64,000 bases of DNA, from positions 1 through 64,000 of the forward strand of contig CAVRJG010000064.1 of NCBI GenBank assembly GCA_963721455.1, given 5' to 3'. A model generated the notes under the pieces. That model made no database searches, was not told where the DNA came from, and was given only the letters and a program-made list of their open reading frames with translations. The stretch comes from an uncultured Methanosarcinaceae archaeon (GTDB taxonomy: Archaea > Halobacteriota > Methanosarcinia > Methanosarcinales > Methanosarcinaceae). Of the stretch, positions 29,000 through 39,584 are shown piece by piece. The translations under genes and the position numbers were made by a program. Within the stretch, counting starts at the first letter, position 1; each line of letters begins with the position of its first letter.

Positions 29000-29556
29000 T
29001 ATACTAAATCTTTAAGGGATTTGTATTTAAGACTTGCCAAAACATGGAGAATATTATCACAAAAAGGATATAATGGTACCAATATTCACAAAAAAAGGAC
29101 ATTTCATGAGAAAAACATACACTTCAACTTTCCATCTGTTTTATTCTTATTATAATTATATTCCCTGAGCAAAGGAATACTATGATAAGAAATGCATCTA
29201 TCCTATATAAATAAAGGCTTGCAGGAATCTGGACTTCATAACTTATTTTTCTTCCTGTAATTTCCAGGATATCAACGTATAAAAGTTTAGAATCTCCAAT
29301 TGTAAAAAAGCTTTTATAGGCATATAATTATATATATGGAGAAAGTATTATTATTTAAATAAACTGAGGAAAACAGATTTTGTGAGGTACTCCCACAGAT
29401 CCGAAACTCATATAAATAGAAATATATTTACTAAGGGCAATAAAAGATATTTAAAAATAACTTATCTAAAATAATATGTTTCTATTGATCTGATAATACT
29501 GGATAAAAAAGGATATCGAAAGCAAGTGGAAGTTATTCTTTCGGTATAAACGGTAG

Positions 29557-29958
29557 ATGATAGTTGTGGCAGATAATGGGTTTATATTAGAGGACAGAGG
29601 CTTTAAAATGGGAGAGGTTGAATACGAAATGGTGGAGCTCTTGAGAAGTCTTAATATCAACAGACCAGTTGCTCTCACCCTTGCGTGCCTCTCCAAAGGA
29701 GAAGAGATTTCTTCCCAGTGTATCGAAATGATATCAGGCTTGAGGCAGCCTGAAGTCAGCATTGCAATGCGCTATCTTCGTGAAAATGACTGGGTAGACA
29801 TGCGGGAAGAAAAGAAGAATCAGGGCAAAGGCAGGCCGGTTAAGTTGTACAAACTAACTGTTCGAATGGAAGCAATCATTGACACAATTGAAGAAAATGT
29901 GATGGCTGAAAGTAAGGCCGTGCTCCAGAACATAGAACGCCTCAAGAACCTTTCCTGA
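29557..29958 (+). CDS. Predicted HTH transcriptional regulator (paralogue 1)
   Basis: IEMISGLRQPEVSIAMRYL...KGRPVKLYKL. The true start may be the downstream ATG (MGEVEY). Confidence 0.85.
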   Translation: MIVVADNGFILEDRGFKMGEVEYEMVELLRSLNINRPVALTLACLSKGEEISSQCIEMISGLRQPEVSIAMRYLRENDWVDMREEKKNQGKGRPVKLYKLTVRMEAIIDTIEENVMAESKAVLQNIERLKNLS

Positions 29959-30653
29959 AAGTCGATTTAGAAGTTGACATATCAGAAGCAGTTTTCATAA
30001 AATTACAGGAAAAATTTCATTCTCATTATAAAATCCGGGTTAACCCGGAGATGATTTTTTTATATCGTACATATAAAGATAGAATAATTCAAACTGTATT
30101 TACACCCTTATAGAATCTCTTTTTTCCATCCAAACCCGAATATTAGAAATGATAGGAAACAGAATTTTTTCGGATACAAAGTATAAAATACAAAGTATAC
30201 CGGGAAGAAATATTTCAGTAGAGATGAAAACTGCGTCTCGTGAGCTTAATAACACTTTACATTAATAGTGCTATAAAGCTTCTATTTACATCCGAATAAT
30301 TTTAGTAAGCTGACGCTGAAAAAACACTGAAGCTAATCTCACGTCTTCCTGAAGGTGGAATACTTCTTTTTTGAATGTTGATGTTTTTAGGTCTGATTGG
30401 ATTTTTTAAAGAATTTCACGGCAACTTGCAAATATTTTGACATTAGAAGACCGAAGTTGCCAACCTGAGCCGAATAATATAAACAGCATCAACTGGGCTC
30501 CTCCAGAGCGGGTAAACAGTAAAAACACTCTAAAAGATGAGTATAAATTGGTAAATATTAAAAACGAAACATAAGTAGATATTTATATTAATTGACTCTA
30601 TAATCGTTCTTCGGGTGATTTAACGGTAGATGAAAGTGGTTTAGCTATAGAAA

Positions 30654-31037
30654 TTGCTAAGATACAAGGATGAGACCCCAATAACTATGGGATCAAGCGA
30701 ATATGAAATGATAGAGTTATTTAGAAGAATCAATGTAAGCAGGCCAATTGCTCTTTCTCTTGCCTGTCTTGCAAAAGGAAGGGAAATTTCTTCCCAGAGG
30801 ATTGAAATAATATCAGGCCTGAGACAGCCTGAAGTAAGTGTTGCAATGCGTTACCTCCGCGAAAACAACTGGATTAATATTCGGGAAGAAAAGAAATCAA
30901 AAGGGAAGGGCAGACCGATCAAGCTGTACAGGCTCACAGTCCCAATGGATCACATTGTCAGCAAGATCGAAGAAGAAATCATAGCCGAAAGCAGACTTGT
31001 GCTGGGGAATATAGAACTCCTGAAGCACATTGCCTGA
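30654..31037 (+). CDS. Predicted HTH transcriptional regulator (paralogue 2)
   Basis: SGLRQPEVSVAMRYL...KGRPIKLYRL, closely similar to the 29557 protein. Confidence 0.85.
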   Translation: MLRYKDETPITMGSSEYEMIELFRRINVSRPIALSLACLAKGREISSQRIEIISGLRQPEVSVAMRYLRENNWINIREEKKSKGKGRPIKLYRLTVPMDHIVSKIEEEIIAESRLVLGNIELLKHIA

Positions 31038-31436
31038 AATTTATGATAGGGAATTGAATGGCCCTGAGACCCGATGCTAGTTTCATACAGGAAAGTATCT
31101 TGACTCTTACTATTCAAAGCCGTTCTGTCTTGAAGGGGATTCATCCCTGTCCCAACTTTTTCCTGATACCAACTTTTTTGCTTCAATAAATATCCTTATA
31201 ATTCCTCAGCCTCTCATAAATTACAGAGTTAAATTTCATTATTAAAAGGAGGGAAATAAAGGAAGATTAGAGAAAATAGACGAAAATAAAGAGATGGGCA
31301 AAACAGGAAATGAAAATCGAAAACCAGTAGATAGAATATAAGAGTGAGATAAACTAAAAGTGAGAGAATATAAAAACGAAAGAAAAACAAGGATTCAAAA
31401 AACGAAATAACAGAAACAAAAAGTTAAGAAAAAGTG

Positions 31437-31513
31437 TGGTGGGCCCGCTGCGATTCGAACGCAGGACCTCACGGTTATCAGCCGTGCGCTCCACCAGGCT
31501 AAGCTACGGGCCC
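31437..31513 (-). tRNA. tRNA-Ile(GAU), CCA encoded
   Basis: Reverse complement GGGCCCGTAGCTTAGCCTGGTGGAGCGCACGGCTGATAACCGTGAGGTCCTGCGTTCGAATCGCAGCGGGCCCACCA forms a cloverleaf. Confidence 0.97.
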
Positions 31514-31576
31514 GAAATGAAGGGTAAATGCAGTTATAAAACCTGAAAGTTCTCCGGAAAAGAGATTGTCAAATTA

Positions 31577-31653
31577 TGGTGGGCCCGCTGCGATTCGAAC
31601 GCAGGACCTCACGGTTATCAGCCGTGCGCTCCACCAGGCTAAGCTACGGGCCC
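31577..31653 (-). tRNA. tRNA-Ile(GAU), identical second copy
   Basis: Identical 77-nt sequence 140 bp away. Confidence 0.97.
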
Positions 31654-31877
31654 ATATATCAGGTTTTTTCGATTTATCAGACTTGAAAGGCTTTTTCGGG
31701 AAAGCGTCCCAATCCGACAACACTTTTAATACTCAATTTACTACTTATAACTTTTGCTTGAATATTTTAAGTTTCAGAGATCCAAAAATTTATTTACAGG
31801 AAGCCGAGCAGGAATGGCGACAGTTTTATATACGATACTGAGTGTATGAGGGAGTGCTGACAAGCAAAGCCTGACAT

Positions 31878-31949
31878 GGGCCGGTAGATCAGGGGTAGAT
31901 CGCTACCTTGGCATGGTAGAGGCCTCGGGTTCAATTCCCGACCGGTCCA
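31878..31949 (+). tRNA. tRNA-Ala(GGC)
   Basis: GGGCCGGTAGATCAGGGGTAGATCGCTACCTTGGCATGGTAGAGGCCTCGGGTTCAATTCCCGACCGGTCCA. Anticodon loop TTGGCAT, G3:U70 pair. Confidence 0.95.
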
Positions 31950-32193
31950 CTTAAAAAATTTTGATATTCTTGAGCACTACTATTTTTTATATTTCTTTAC
32001 GCCCATTCACAAAGTGTTAATGGAAACAAAAACAAGGTTTTTGGATTAAACTAATTTGAAAACGTAACACCGGTCATGCGTAAAACAGGTTTTCAAGACA
32101 AGGGTAAGTCACATAATTAACAAAACCTGCTCTCCAGGAGAAATAAAGGTAAGTGGTTCAGCGGTCTTCGGTTACCCTGATTTGATATATTTT

Positions 32194-32718
32194 TCAATTA
32201 TGAATACCCCTTTCAAGTAATTCTCTCTGTCCTATAGTGTCTTCTCCCCATTTTCGTTTCGCCTCCTCACTCCATTGGAGTTTACCATCTCCAATCATAG
32301 ACTTTGGGATTGCAAAAACGTTTGCTCGTATGTTTCTGGAAGTGCTACGCTTTAACCATTTATATTGGTTTGTTTCCGTATCATACGCCATGTGGTAATC
32401 AAGTCTAAGCGCGCTCAGCATCTCGGAGGATTTACAGTAAACTTGTTTTAGTCCTTCTTTCGGCTCTTTTCTTTGCCTCCGATTCCTCCTTTCTATTTCA
32501 ATTTCTTCTTTTCTTATGTCTTCCAGATACCATAAGCTTCTATCAACTTCGCTTTTAAATACAATCATATGCCATTTTAGAGACTGTGAATACTGCTTTC
32601 TTAGAAGTCCATGTAATTCGGCGATCAGGTCAAAATCATTTGTTGTGCTTTCAATTTCTTTCATTAGTTCTTTCATTCTGGCCAGATTTGCATTCTGTCT
32701 TTCTTGGCTGGTTGCCAT
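32194..32718 (-). CDS. Hypothetical protein in low-GC insert next to tRNA-Ala
   Basis: Open frame with likely start MATSQ at 32718 after AGGGG. Charged and helical, no family recognised. Confidence 0.6.
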   Translation of the reverse strand: MATSQERQNANLARMKELMKEIESTTNDFDLIAELHGLLRKQYSQSLKWHMIVFKSEVDRSLWYLEDIRKEEIEIERRNRRQRKEPKEGLKQVYCKSSEMLSALRLDYHMAYDTETNQYKWLKRSTSRNIRANVFAIPKSMIGDGKLQWSEEAKRKWGEDTIGQRELLERGIHN

Positions 32719-33113
32719 AACTACCCCTAACATATTTATTTTAATTACACTGTTATGCACGGAAATTATATTTTAAACCTTCGTTAGTAGAGAATAAAGG
32801 TGAAAATTAGCCAAAAAATAGACAACATACATAAAATGAGTAAGTTTCAGCGTAAAAGTTCTGTAAAGAAAGTAAACTACCAGGGAGTTAAAGTATTTTT
32901 TATCTGAGCGTCAATTAAGGGGGTTTTTAAGAAAGTACGATTTTGTACTCAGTTACTAAACAGTATTCTTAGCTACTTTATTTCAGTCGAATACTGCGTT
33001 GCTTGCAGCGGGACGCGCCAGCGCAACTTTGATTTTGCATAGATAGTCGTCCGAAAAAACATATCGAAAGCGTCCCCACACTTTTTAAATATTTAAATCT
33101 CTTAATAGCATAC

Positions 33114-33773
33114 ATGCGCAAAGCCACAGTCGCAATTACAGGACTAATTCTTCTTTCCTTCATAATTTCAATCTATTTTTATCCGCTGGTGCCTGAACAG
33201 ATGGCAACTCACTGGAACTCTCAGGGAGAGGTAAACGGTTATATGTCGAAGTTCCAGGGGGTCTTTTTCATGCCGTTAGTGATTGCCGGACTTGCAATCT
33301 TGTTCCTGGCAGTTCCAAGAATCGACCCGAAGAAGGAAAATATCGCAAAATTCAGGAATTATTATGACCGATTTATAATTCTTCTGATTTTGTTTATGAT
33401 TGCCGTTCATCTCCAGATACTCCTGTGGAATATAGGAATCCGGATTAGCCCGAATGCCGTGCTTCCTGTGGGAATAGGGCTTCTGTTTTATCATATAGGG
33501 ATTCTTATGGAAAATGCGGAGAGGAACTGGTTCATCGGCATCAGGACTCCCTGGACCCTCAGCAGCGACAGGGTCTGGAGGAAAACTAACCGGCTCGGAG
33601 GGAAATTATTCAGGAGTGCAGGGATAGCTGCTATTTTTGGAGTTTTTTTCCCGGAACTTGCATTATTTTTCATTATCGTGCCTGCGCTGTTTGTTGCAGG
33701 GTTTACGGTTGTTTACTCCTATATTGAGTATCAAAAAGAACTGAAAGAGACTGAATCTCAAATCAAAACCTAA
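33114..33773 (+). CDS. SdpI/DUF1648-family immunity-like membrane protein
   Basis: PEQMATHWNSQGEVNGY and NWFIGIRTPWTLSSDRVWRKTNRLGG. Confidence 0.9.
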   Translation: MRKATVAITGLILLSFIISIYFYPLVPEQMATHWNSQGEVNGYMSKFQGVFFMPLVIAGLAILFLAVPRIDPKKENIAKFRNYYDRFIILLILFMIAVHLQILLWNIGIRISPNAVLPVGIGLLFYHIGILMENAERNWFIGIRTPWTLSSDRVWRKTNRLGGKLFRSAGIAAIFGVFFPELALFFIIVPALFVAGFTVVYSYIEYQKELKETESQIKT

Positions 33774-33895
33774 AAAAAGAAAACTTTAAGGATTTCTGCA
33801 CATTCCAATTCCTGAAATCCTTATTTACTCGTTTTCTGGCTTTTATTTTATCAGCACTTTTATCTAATATGTTCTCTTTTGTCTTATTGATTTTT

Positions 33896-34378
33896 ATGGC
33901 CGAGGATATAACAAATGATTCCAGCAAAAAAATTGAAAATGGAGATACCATCTCCGTTCATTATGTGGGAAAACTTGAGGATGGCACCGTTTTCGATACA
34001 TCCGTAAAGGAAGCAGCCGTTGAGGCAGAGATCTACAATGACATGAGAAGCTATCAACCTCTGACATTTACCGTTGGCGCAGGCCAGATGATAAAAGGCT
34101 TTGACGAGGGGGTTGTCGGGATGAAAGTAGGGGAAGATAAAACTCTTAAAATTCCACCCGAAGAAGCATATGGGGAATACATAGAAGAGCTCTCAAGGGA
34201 ACTGCCGATTGAAGCTGTTGATTTTGATCCGGAAGTTGGAATGCAGCTGGTGACAGAAACCGGCCTCAAAGGCATTGTCACAGAGGTAGGCGAGAAAAAT
34301 TTTGTTGTGGATTTCAACCACGAGCTTGCAGGCAAGACCCTGATATTCGAAATCAAGGTAGTTTCTATGGAGGCTTAA
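33896..34378 (+). CDS. FKBP-type peptidyl-prolyl isomerase (SlyD-like) 1
   Basis: VHYVGKLEDGTVFDTS, GQMIKGFDEG, PPEEAYG, DFNHELAGKTL. Confidence 0.93.
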   Translation: MAEDITNDSSKKIENGDTISVHYVGKLEDGTVFDTSVKEAAVEAEIYNDMRSYQPLTFTVGAGQMIKGFDEGVVGMKVGEDKTLKIPPEEAYGEYIEELSRELPIEAVDFDPEVGMQLVTETGLKGIVTEVGEKNFVVDFNHELAGKTLIFEIKVVSMEA

Positions 34379-34383
34379 AAGGG

Positions 34384-34944
34384 ATGAAAATCCGGAACGG
34401 AGCAATTTTATTCATATCGATACTGCTCCTGGGAAGCGTACTCCTCGGAAGCGGCTGCACGGATAAAGGGAATAATGAGACTGGAGACAGCAGAGTAGTA
34501 AAAACTGGAGACACCGTCCAGGTGGACTACACCGGAAAGCTCGAAAACGGAAAGGTTTTTGACACCTCAATAGAAGAGGTCGCAAAGCAGGCGGACATAT
34601 ACGTAAACGGAAGGACTTACGCTCCTCTCACATTTGTGGCTGGAGCAGGCCAGATGATCAAGGGTTTTGACGAAGGCGTAATCGGGATGAAAGTAGGAGA
34701 AGAAAAAACTATCACAATCCCTCCTGAAGAAGCTTATGGAGAATACGACAAATCAAAGATTCAGGCGATTCCTATAAAAGAGTTAAATCTAAACGAAACT
34801 CCTGAAGCCGGGCAAAAACTTCCAACAAATTATGGGTTGGTTACTATAATAGAGGTTAATAAGACACATGCAATGATTGACCTCAACCACGAGCTTGCAG
34901 GCAAGACCCTGGTTTTTGATATAAAACTCGTCTCTATAGAATAA
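34384..34944 (+). CDS. FKBP-type PPIase 2, predicted lipoprotein
   Basis: Signal peptide with LGSGC, same FKBP motifs. Confidence 0.92.
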   Translation: MKIRNGAILFISILLLGSVLLGSGCTDKGNNETGDSRVVKTGDTVQVDYTGKLENGKVFDTSIEEVAKQADIYVNGRTYAPLTFVAGAGQMIKGFDEGVIGMKVGEEKTITIPPEEAYGEYDKSKIQAIPIKELNLNETPEAGQKLPTNYGLVTIIEVNKTHAMIDLNHELAGKTLVFDIKLVSIE

Positions 34945-35071
34945 ACTTAAGTTCTTGAAAATCAAATTGAGAATTGGTAGTATTTCTTCAAAGTGGCGCA
35001 TCCTTTCGGCACCATGGGACGCTTTCAGGAGACTGAAGTGCCGAAAGGAAAATCCAGAGGGGAAAAAGATA

Positions 35072-35569
35072 ATGGAAAATTCTCATACTGTGAAAAAGGG
35101 AGATTATCTTCTTATTGATTACACTGGAAAATTAGAGGACGGGACAGTCTTCGATACCACGTTAAAGGAAAAAGCCGTCGAAGCAGGAATATATGACGAA
35201 GAAAAGGAATACAAGCCTTTGTTTTTCAGGACAGATACAGGTCAGGTTATAAAAGGTATCGATACGGGCGTTCTCGAAATGAAAGAGGGAGAAGAAAAAA
35301 CCCTTAAAATCTCACCTGAAGATGCCTACGGAGAACATAAGAAGTACCTTGTTCAGGATATACCTCTCTCAAGGCTTGGGCTACAGTTTCCTCCTGAAAC
35401 TGGAAAAAAAATCATAACGCCTGGAGGGAGTGAGGTTAAAGTGCTCAGTTCCACGGAAACTTCTGCTACTCTGGACTTCAACCATGAACTTGCAGGCAAA
35501 ACCCTGATTCTTGAAATAAAACTTGTCTCAATTGTAAGCTTATTCCAGAACCCGCAAAATCGGTGGTGA
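35072..35569 (+). CDS. FKBP-type PPIase 3
   Basis: Start ATG 35072 after GAGGGG. DYTGKLEDGTVFDTT, DFNHELAGKTL. Confidence 0.9.
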   Translation: MENSHTVKKGDYLLIDYTGKLEDGTVFDTTLKEKAVEAGIYDEEKEYKPLFFRTDTGQVIKGIDTGVLEMKEGEEKTLKISPEDAYGEHKKYLVQDIPLSRLGLQFPPETGKKIITPGGSEVKVLSSTETSATLDFNHELAGKTLILEIKLVSIVSLFQNPQNRW

Positions 35570-35572
35570 GTT

Positions 35573-35983
35573 ATGGAAAAGGAAGAGAAAGTCATGGTAC
35601 TGCTGTTATTTATGACACTATCTTCTCTTATGACAGCGTATCTTTGCTTCGGATCAGAACTTGCAGATGCCGGGCAAAAGCCAGGAGGACAAGCCAGGCA
35701 GTACACCCCGGAATCCAATGAAGGGGAAAAAGTGTTCCTTGAAGCTGAAGTCCTGAGCAAGCGGTTCACCTATACAGGGGAGCACCTGCTTTTACAGGTG
35801 GACTGCAACTCCGAAGTCCTGAGCGTTTTTATCCCGAAAACAGCAGGCGCTGAAGCCCTGAACATGTCGATCAGGGAAGGGGACCTGATTAGCTTAACAG
35901 GCACCATTTCTGAGTATGAAGGGAAAAGGGAAATCAAGGTGGAAAGAAAAGAAGATATTCTTCTGAATAACCTTCATCAATAA
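35573..35983 (+). CDS. Membrane-anchored OB-fold protein
   Basis: N-terminal TM, GDLISLTGTISEYEGKREI OB-fold pattern. Confidence 0.75.
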   Translation: MEKEEKVMVLLLFMTLSSLMTAYLCFGSELADAGQKPGGQARQYTPESNEGEKVFLEAEVLSKRFTYTGEHLLLQVDCNSEVLSVFIPKTAGAEALNMSIREGDLISLTGTISEYEGKREIKVERKEDILLNNLHQ

Positions 35984-36044
35984 TCTCTCAAATATGGATA
36001 ACAGATCGTTAATAATATATTCATAGAACAACATTTGAGAAAAT

Positions 36045-37223
36045 ATGAAAGCATGTATCATGTGCGGAGGGGCAGGGACAAGACTCAGGCCGCTCACTTT
36101 CAAGCACCCTAAACCGAGCATACCGATTCTCAATAAACCATCAGTCCTGCATCTGATTGAGCATCTTTCAAGAGAAGGGTTCAATGAAATAGTCATGACT
36201 CTGGGGTATATGGGAGAGCGCATAGAAGAACAGCTCGGAGACGGGCACATGTTTGGGGTGCATATCGATTACGTGTATGAAAAAGAAAAGCTTGGAACTG
36301 CAGGCGGGGTTAAAAACGCCGTGCAATACCTGAAAGACGAGCCATTTATCGTGCTTGGTGGAGATCACGTCCTTAACCTCAACCTGAGAGAGATGTACCG
36401 TTTCCATGAAACAAACGATGCCCTGGTGACCATAGGACTTATTTCGATTGACGACCCCAGGGAATTTGGAATTGCGGATATGGATATTAATAACCGGATA
36501 CACCGCTTCCTGGAAAAACCGAAATCAGGCCAGATATTCAGCAACCTTGCAAGCACAGGCATTTATGTTTGCGACCCTTCGATTTTCGAATGGATCCCTG
36601 AAAACAAAAAGTACGATTTTGCAAAAGACCTCTTTCCCTCCCTGCTCGCAGCCGATGAAAAAATCAACGGTGTGCTTGTCCGGGGAAAATGGACTGATGT
36701 GGGAAGCTCGGCAGCTTACAGACAGGCTCAGCGCTGGATGCTCGACGCCCTTCCGGGAACGACAATTGAAGGAAATTTCACAACCCGAAACGCAAGAATA
36801 AAAGGGCCCCTGTCCATAGGAAACAACGTGTCCATAGGTTCGAATTCTTCTCTTGTAGGGCCAATAGTCATAGGGGAATACACAACAATCGGCGATAATG
36901 TCCTTATCGGGCCTTACAGCGTTATAGGCTCGAACTGCAATATAGATAACAATGCAAAGATTCTTTCATCTTATCTTTTTGATAATGTTTCCATAGGAAA
37001 GGATTCCAATATCTCAGGCGGTGTGGTAGCAGACGAAACAATTGTAGGAGAACACTGTTTCCTTGAAAACGGAACCGTTATCGGGCATAAAGTAATTATC
37101 GGAAATAACTCGACAATACATTCCGGAGTTAAAGTCTGGCCTGAAGTCACGATAGACAAGGACTCAAGCATAAAAGATACTGTAATCAATTCCGATTATG
37201 ACATTACCAATGAAGGCTCCTGA
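36045..37223 (+). CDS. Sugar-1-phosphate nucleotidyltransferase (mannose-1-P guanylyltransferase-like) with hexapeptide repeats
   Basis: GGAGTRLRPLT..PKP, LGTAGG, FLEKP, C-terminal left-handed beta-helix. Confidence 0.9.
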   Translation: MKACIMCGGAGTRLRPLTFKHPKPSIPILNKPSVLHLIEHLSREGFNEIVMTLGYMGERIEEQLGDGHMFGVHIDYVYEKEKLGTAGGVKNAVQYLKDEPFIVLGGDHVLNLNLREMYRFHETNDALVTIGLISIDDPREFGIADMDINNRIHRFLEKPKSGQIFSNLASTGIYVCDPSIFEWIPENKKYDFAKDLFPSLLAADEKINGVLVRGKWTDVGSSAAYRQAQRWMLDALPGTTIEGNFTTRNARIKGPLSIGNNVSIGSNSSLVGPIVIGEYTTIGDNVLIGPYSVIGSNCNIDNNAKILSSYLFDNVSIGKDSNISGGVVADETIVGEHCFLENGTVIGHKVIIGNNSTIHSGVKVWPEVTIDKDSSIKDTVINSDYDITNEGS

Positions 37224-37553
37224 TTACAGGATTCAAAGAACCTAAACTAAAAACAAATTGAATTTTGAAGGTTTGAATTCAGATTAATATTGTTTAAAGA
37301 GGCAGGTTTAGTCTTAATTCAAATCTAACTTTTCTCATATGCCCACACTTTCCTTAATTATCTGCCGTTTTCCCGGAATCGTTCATTGATTTTTTGAGCT
37401 GGTTCTCAATCCGCATCCCAATAACTTCTCAAATATATACATAATAATTTAAACCGGCACACCATAGATTCTTGCTCTGCAGCTAATATCTATTGGAAAA
37501 AAAGATTCCTCAAATAGAAGACTATTCTGCCAACAAAATTCAGATAGATTACC

Positions 37554-38680
37554 ATGAACAGATACAAAAAATGGCTTATTGCAGCGCTGTTCATCAGTGC
37601 AGTATCAATTGCACTGGTTATCGGCCTGACTTTTGACTCGGAAACAATCGAGGCTCTGAGAAAGATCAAGCTGGAATATATTCTGGCAGCTGTTCTTTTT
37701 CATATTTTCTCATACTTCGTGTGGGGATTCCGGACTCGGGCTCCTCTGTAAAGCCCTGGGTTACGAGGTAAGTTATCTGAAAGTGGTAGAGATAATTGTC
37801 TCAAGTCTCTTTGTGGCTGGAATTACTCCCTCTTCTGCAGGCGGAGAACCTGCTCAGGATCCATCATGCTGCACCTGAACGGGGTTCCTTTTGGCCAGGC
37901 AACTGCCATCGTTGTAGGGGAACGCCTGCTTGATGCTCGTTTTTATCTTTGCCTGCCTGCCTTTTGCCTTATATATTCTGGGAGATATGCTTTCGAATTA
38001 TAAATTCGATGCAGCACTCCTGACAGCAAGTTTCCTGGTCTTTATCATCTCTGATTTTCTTTATTTACGGCGTCTGGAAACCTGAAAAAGTAAAAGACAT
38101 AACTCATAGGATAACAGGCAGAATTGCCCCTGTTTTAGGAAAACGGACTGATACTGCAGTCTCCCATTTCATGGAACAGGTGGATAGGGAAATAGACCTT
38201 TTCCATGAAAGTGTCAGAGTCTTTTTTTCTAATGGAAAAAGAGGGCTGTTCTGGAGTATAGCCTGTACCTTTCTTTTCTGGATAATTGAGTTTTCCCTGC
38301 TCGTCCTCATCATTATGGGCCTTTCACAAGCACCTTCTATCCTTACTGCATTTGCAGCCCAGGTGCTCCTGGCCGTAATTATGATAATCCCTGCAACGCC
38401 TGGGGCAAGTGGGATTGCAGAATTAGGGGCTGCTTCCATCTTTTCTATTTTCGTGGATTCATCAGTCCTGGGAATTACAGTGCTTGCCTGGAGAGCTCTG
38501 ACCTATCACATGAATATCATTTTTGGAGGTTTTATGAGCCTGAAGGTGCTTAAGGACATGGATCTGATTAAAAAGCTGACAGGAGATTCCAAAAAGCCGA
38601 CAGGAGATTCTAAAAAGCCGATCACCGGAAATTCTAAAAAACTGACCGGAGATTCGGCCGAACTTAAACAGGATGCCTGA
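37554..38680 (+). pseudogene. Flippase-like (lysylphosphatidylglycerol synthase TM/UPF0104) gene, frameshifted as given
   Basis: Stitched frames give ITPSSAGGEP, GERLLD, PATPGASGIAE and LAWRALTY. About five +1 insertions lie between ~37740 and ~38050, possibly sequence error. Confidence 0.8.
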
Positions 38681-38839
38681 GGCAAGATTTCGATCAGGCA
38701 AGACCCCTGTGTACTGCACAGGAAAATGCTAAGGAAATACCGGGGATGATTATTCCTGAAATTAATCAACCTGTAAAGAAGATCTCTTGTGACCTGAAAA
38801 AGGTATATTTATATTCTATCCTCACAAAATTCTTCTGTT

Positions 38840-39436
38840 ATGTCGTCCAGAGAATTCATCTTTGAAGTCCTGAGAAAAAGTGTGCATCTGGTCTCAATCC
38901 TGATTGTACTTATCTACGAATTTTTTGGGAAAGAAATCATTCTCTGGGTACTTATTGTCTTTCTTGCCACCGTTCTCATTCTTGATTATTTCAGGCTCGA
39001 GCATGGCATGAGAATACCTTTTTTCTATATCATGTATCGGGAGCATGAAGCCGACCGCCTGGGGGGCCACATATATTTTGCCCTCGGAGCAATTTCAGCA
39101 ATAGCCATTTTCAGCAAAGAAATCGCATACGCCGCAATCCTCATGACAACCTTCGGAGACCTGGCTGCAGCTCTGATAGGAAAATTCTATGGAAAGAGAA
39201 GGGTTTTCAAAAAAATATTTAAAAACGATAAATCAATTGAAGGTTCGGTTTCCGAATTTACGATTGATTTCCTCATCGGGCTGTTTATAATCGGGAACCC
39301 GGTTGTTTCCCTGATAATGGCTTTTTTTGCAACCCTTACTGAAACCGCAGTCAATAAAATTGATGATAACCTTGTAATTCCCGTTTTCTCTGGCTTTTTC
39401 GGGCAGATAACCCTGATTCTTCTGATGCATTTATAA
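38840..39436 (+). CDS. Dolichol/polyprenol kinase family (CTP-dependent) membrane protein
   Basis: EVLRKSVH, FGDLAAALIGK, KSIEGS, DDNLVIP. Confidence 0.85.
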   Translation: MSSREFIFEVLRKSVHLVSILIVLIYEFFGKEIILWVLIVFLATVLILDYFRLEHGMRIPFFYIMYREHEADRLGGHIYFALGAISAIAIFSKEIAYAAILMTTFGDLAAALIGKFYGKRRVFKKIFKNDKSIEGSVSEFTIDFLIGLFIIGNPVVSLIMAFFATLTETAVNKIDDNLVIPVFSGFFGQITLILLMHL

Positions 39437-39584
39437 GGATTTTTAAAAGAGTACTCTGTGAAAGAGCTTCCTGAACGCTCAAAACAGAAAAATAAAACAG
39501 AAAAGAAAGCAGGTGAAAACTCCTGACTTTTAAATCTCCGGAATCCTGTTCCTGAAATGAAGGGGGAAAGCCCTTGATGGGCTC

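Noticed and set aside
30630-30653. Pyrrolysine read-through of two in-frame TAG codons upstream of regulator paralogue 2
   Set aside because: Two ambers in a poorly conserved N-terminal stretch are more simply explained as 5' UTR, with initiation at a downstream codon.
31437-31653. Duplicate tRNA-Ile as attL/attR of an integrated element
   Set aside because: Both copies are full length and only 63 bp apart, which is an ordinary tandem tRNA pair.
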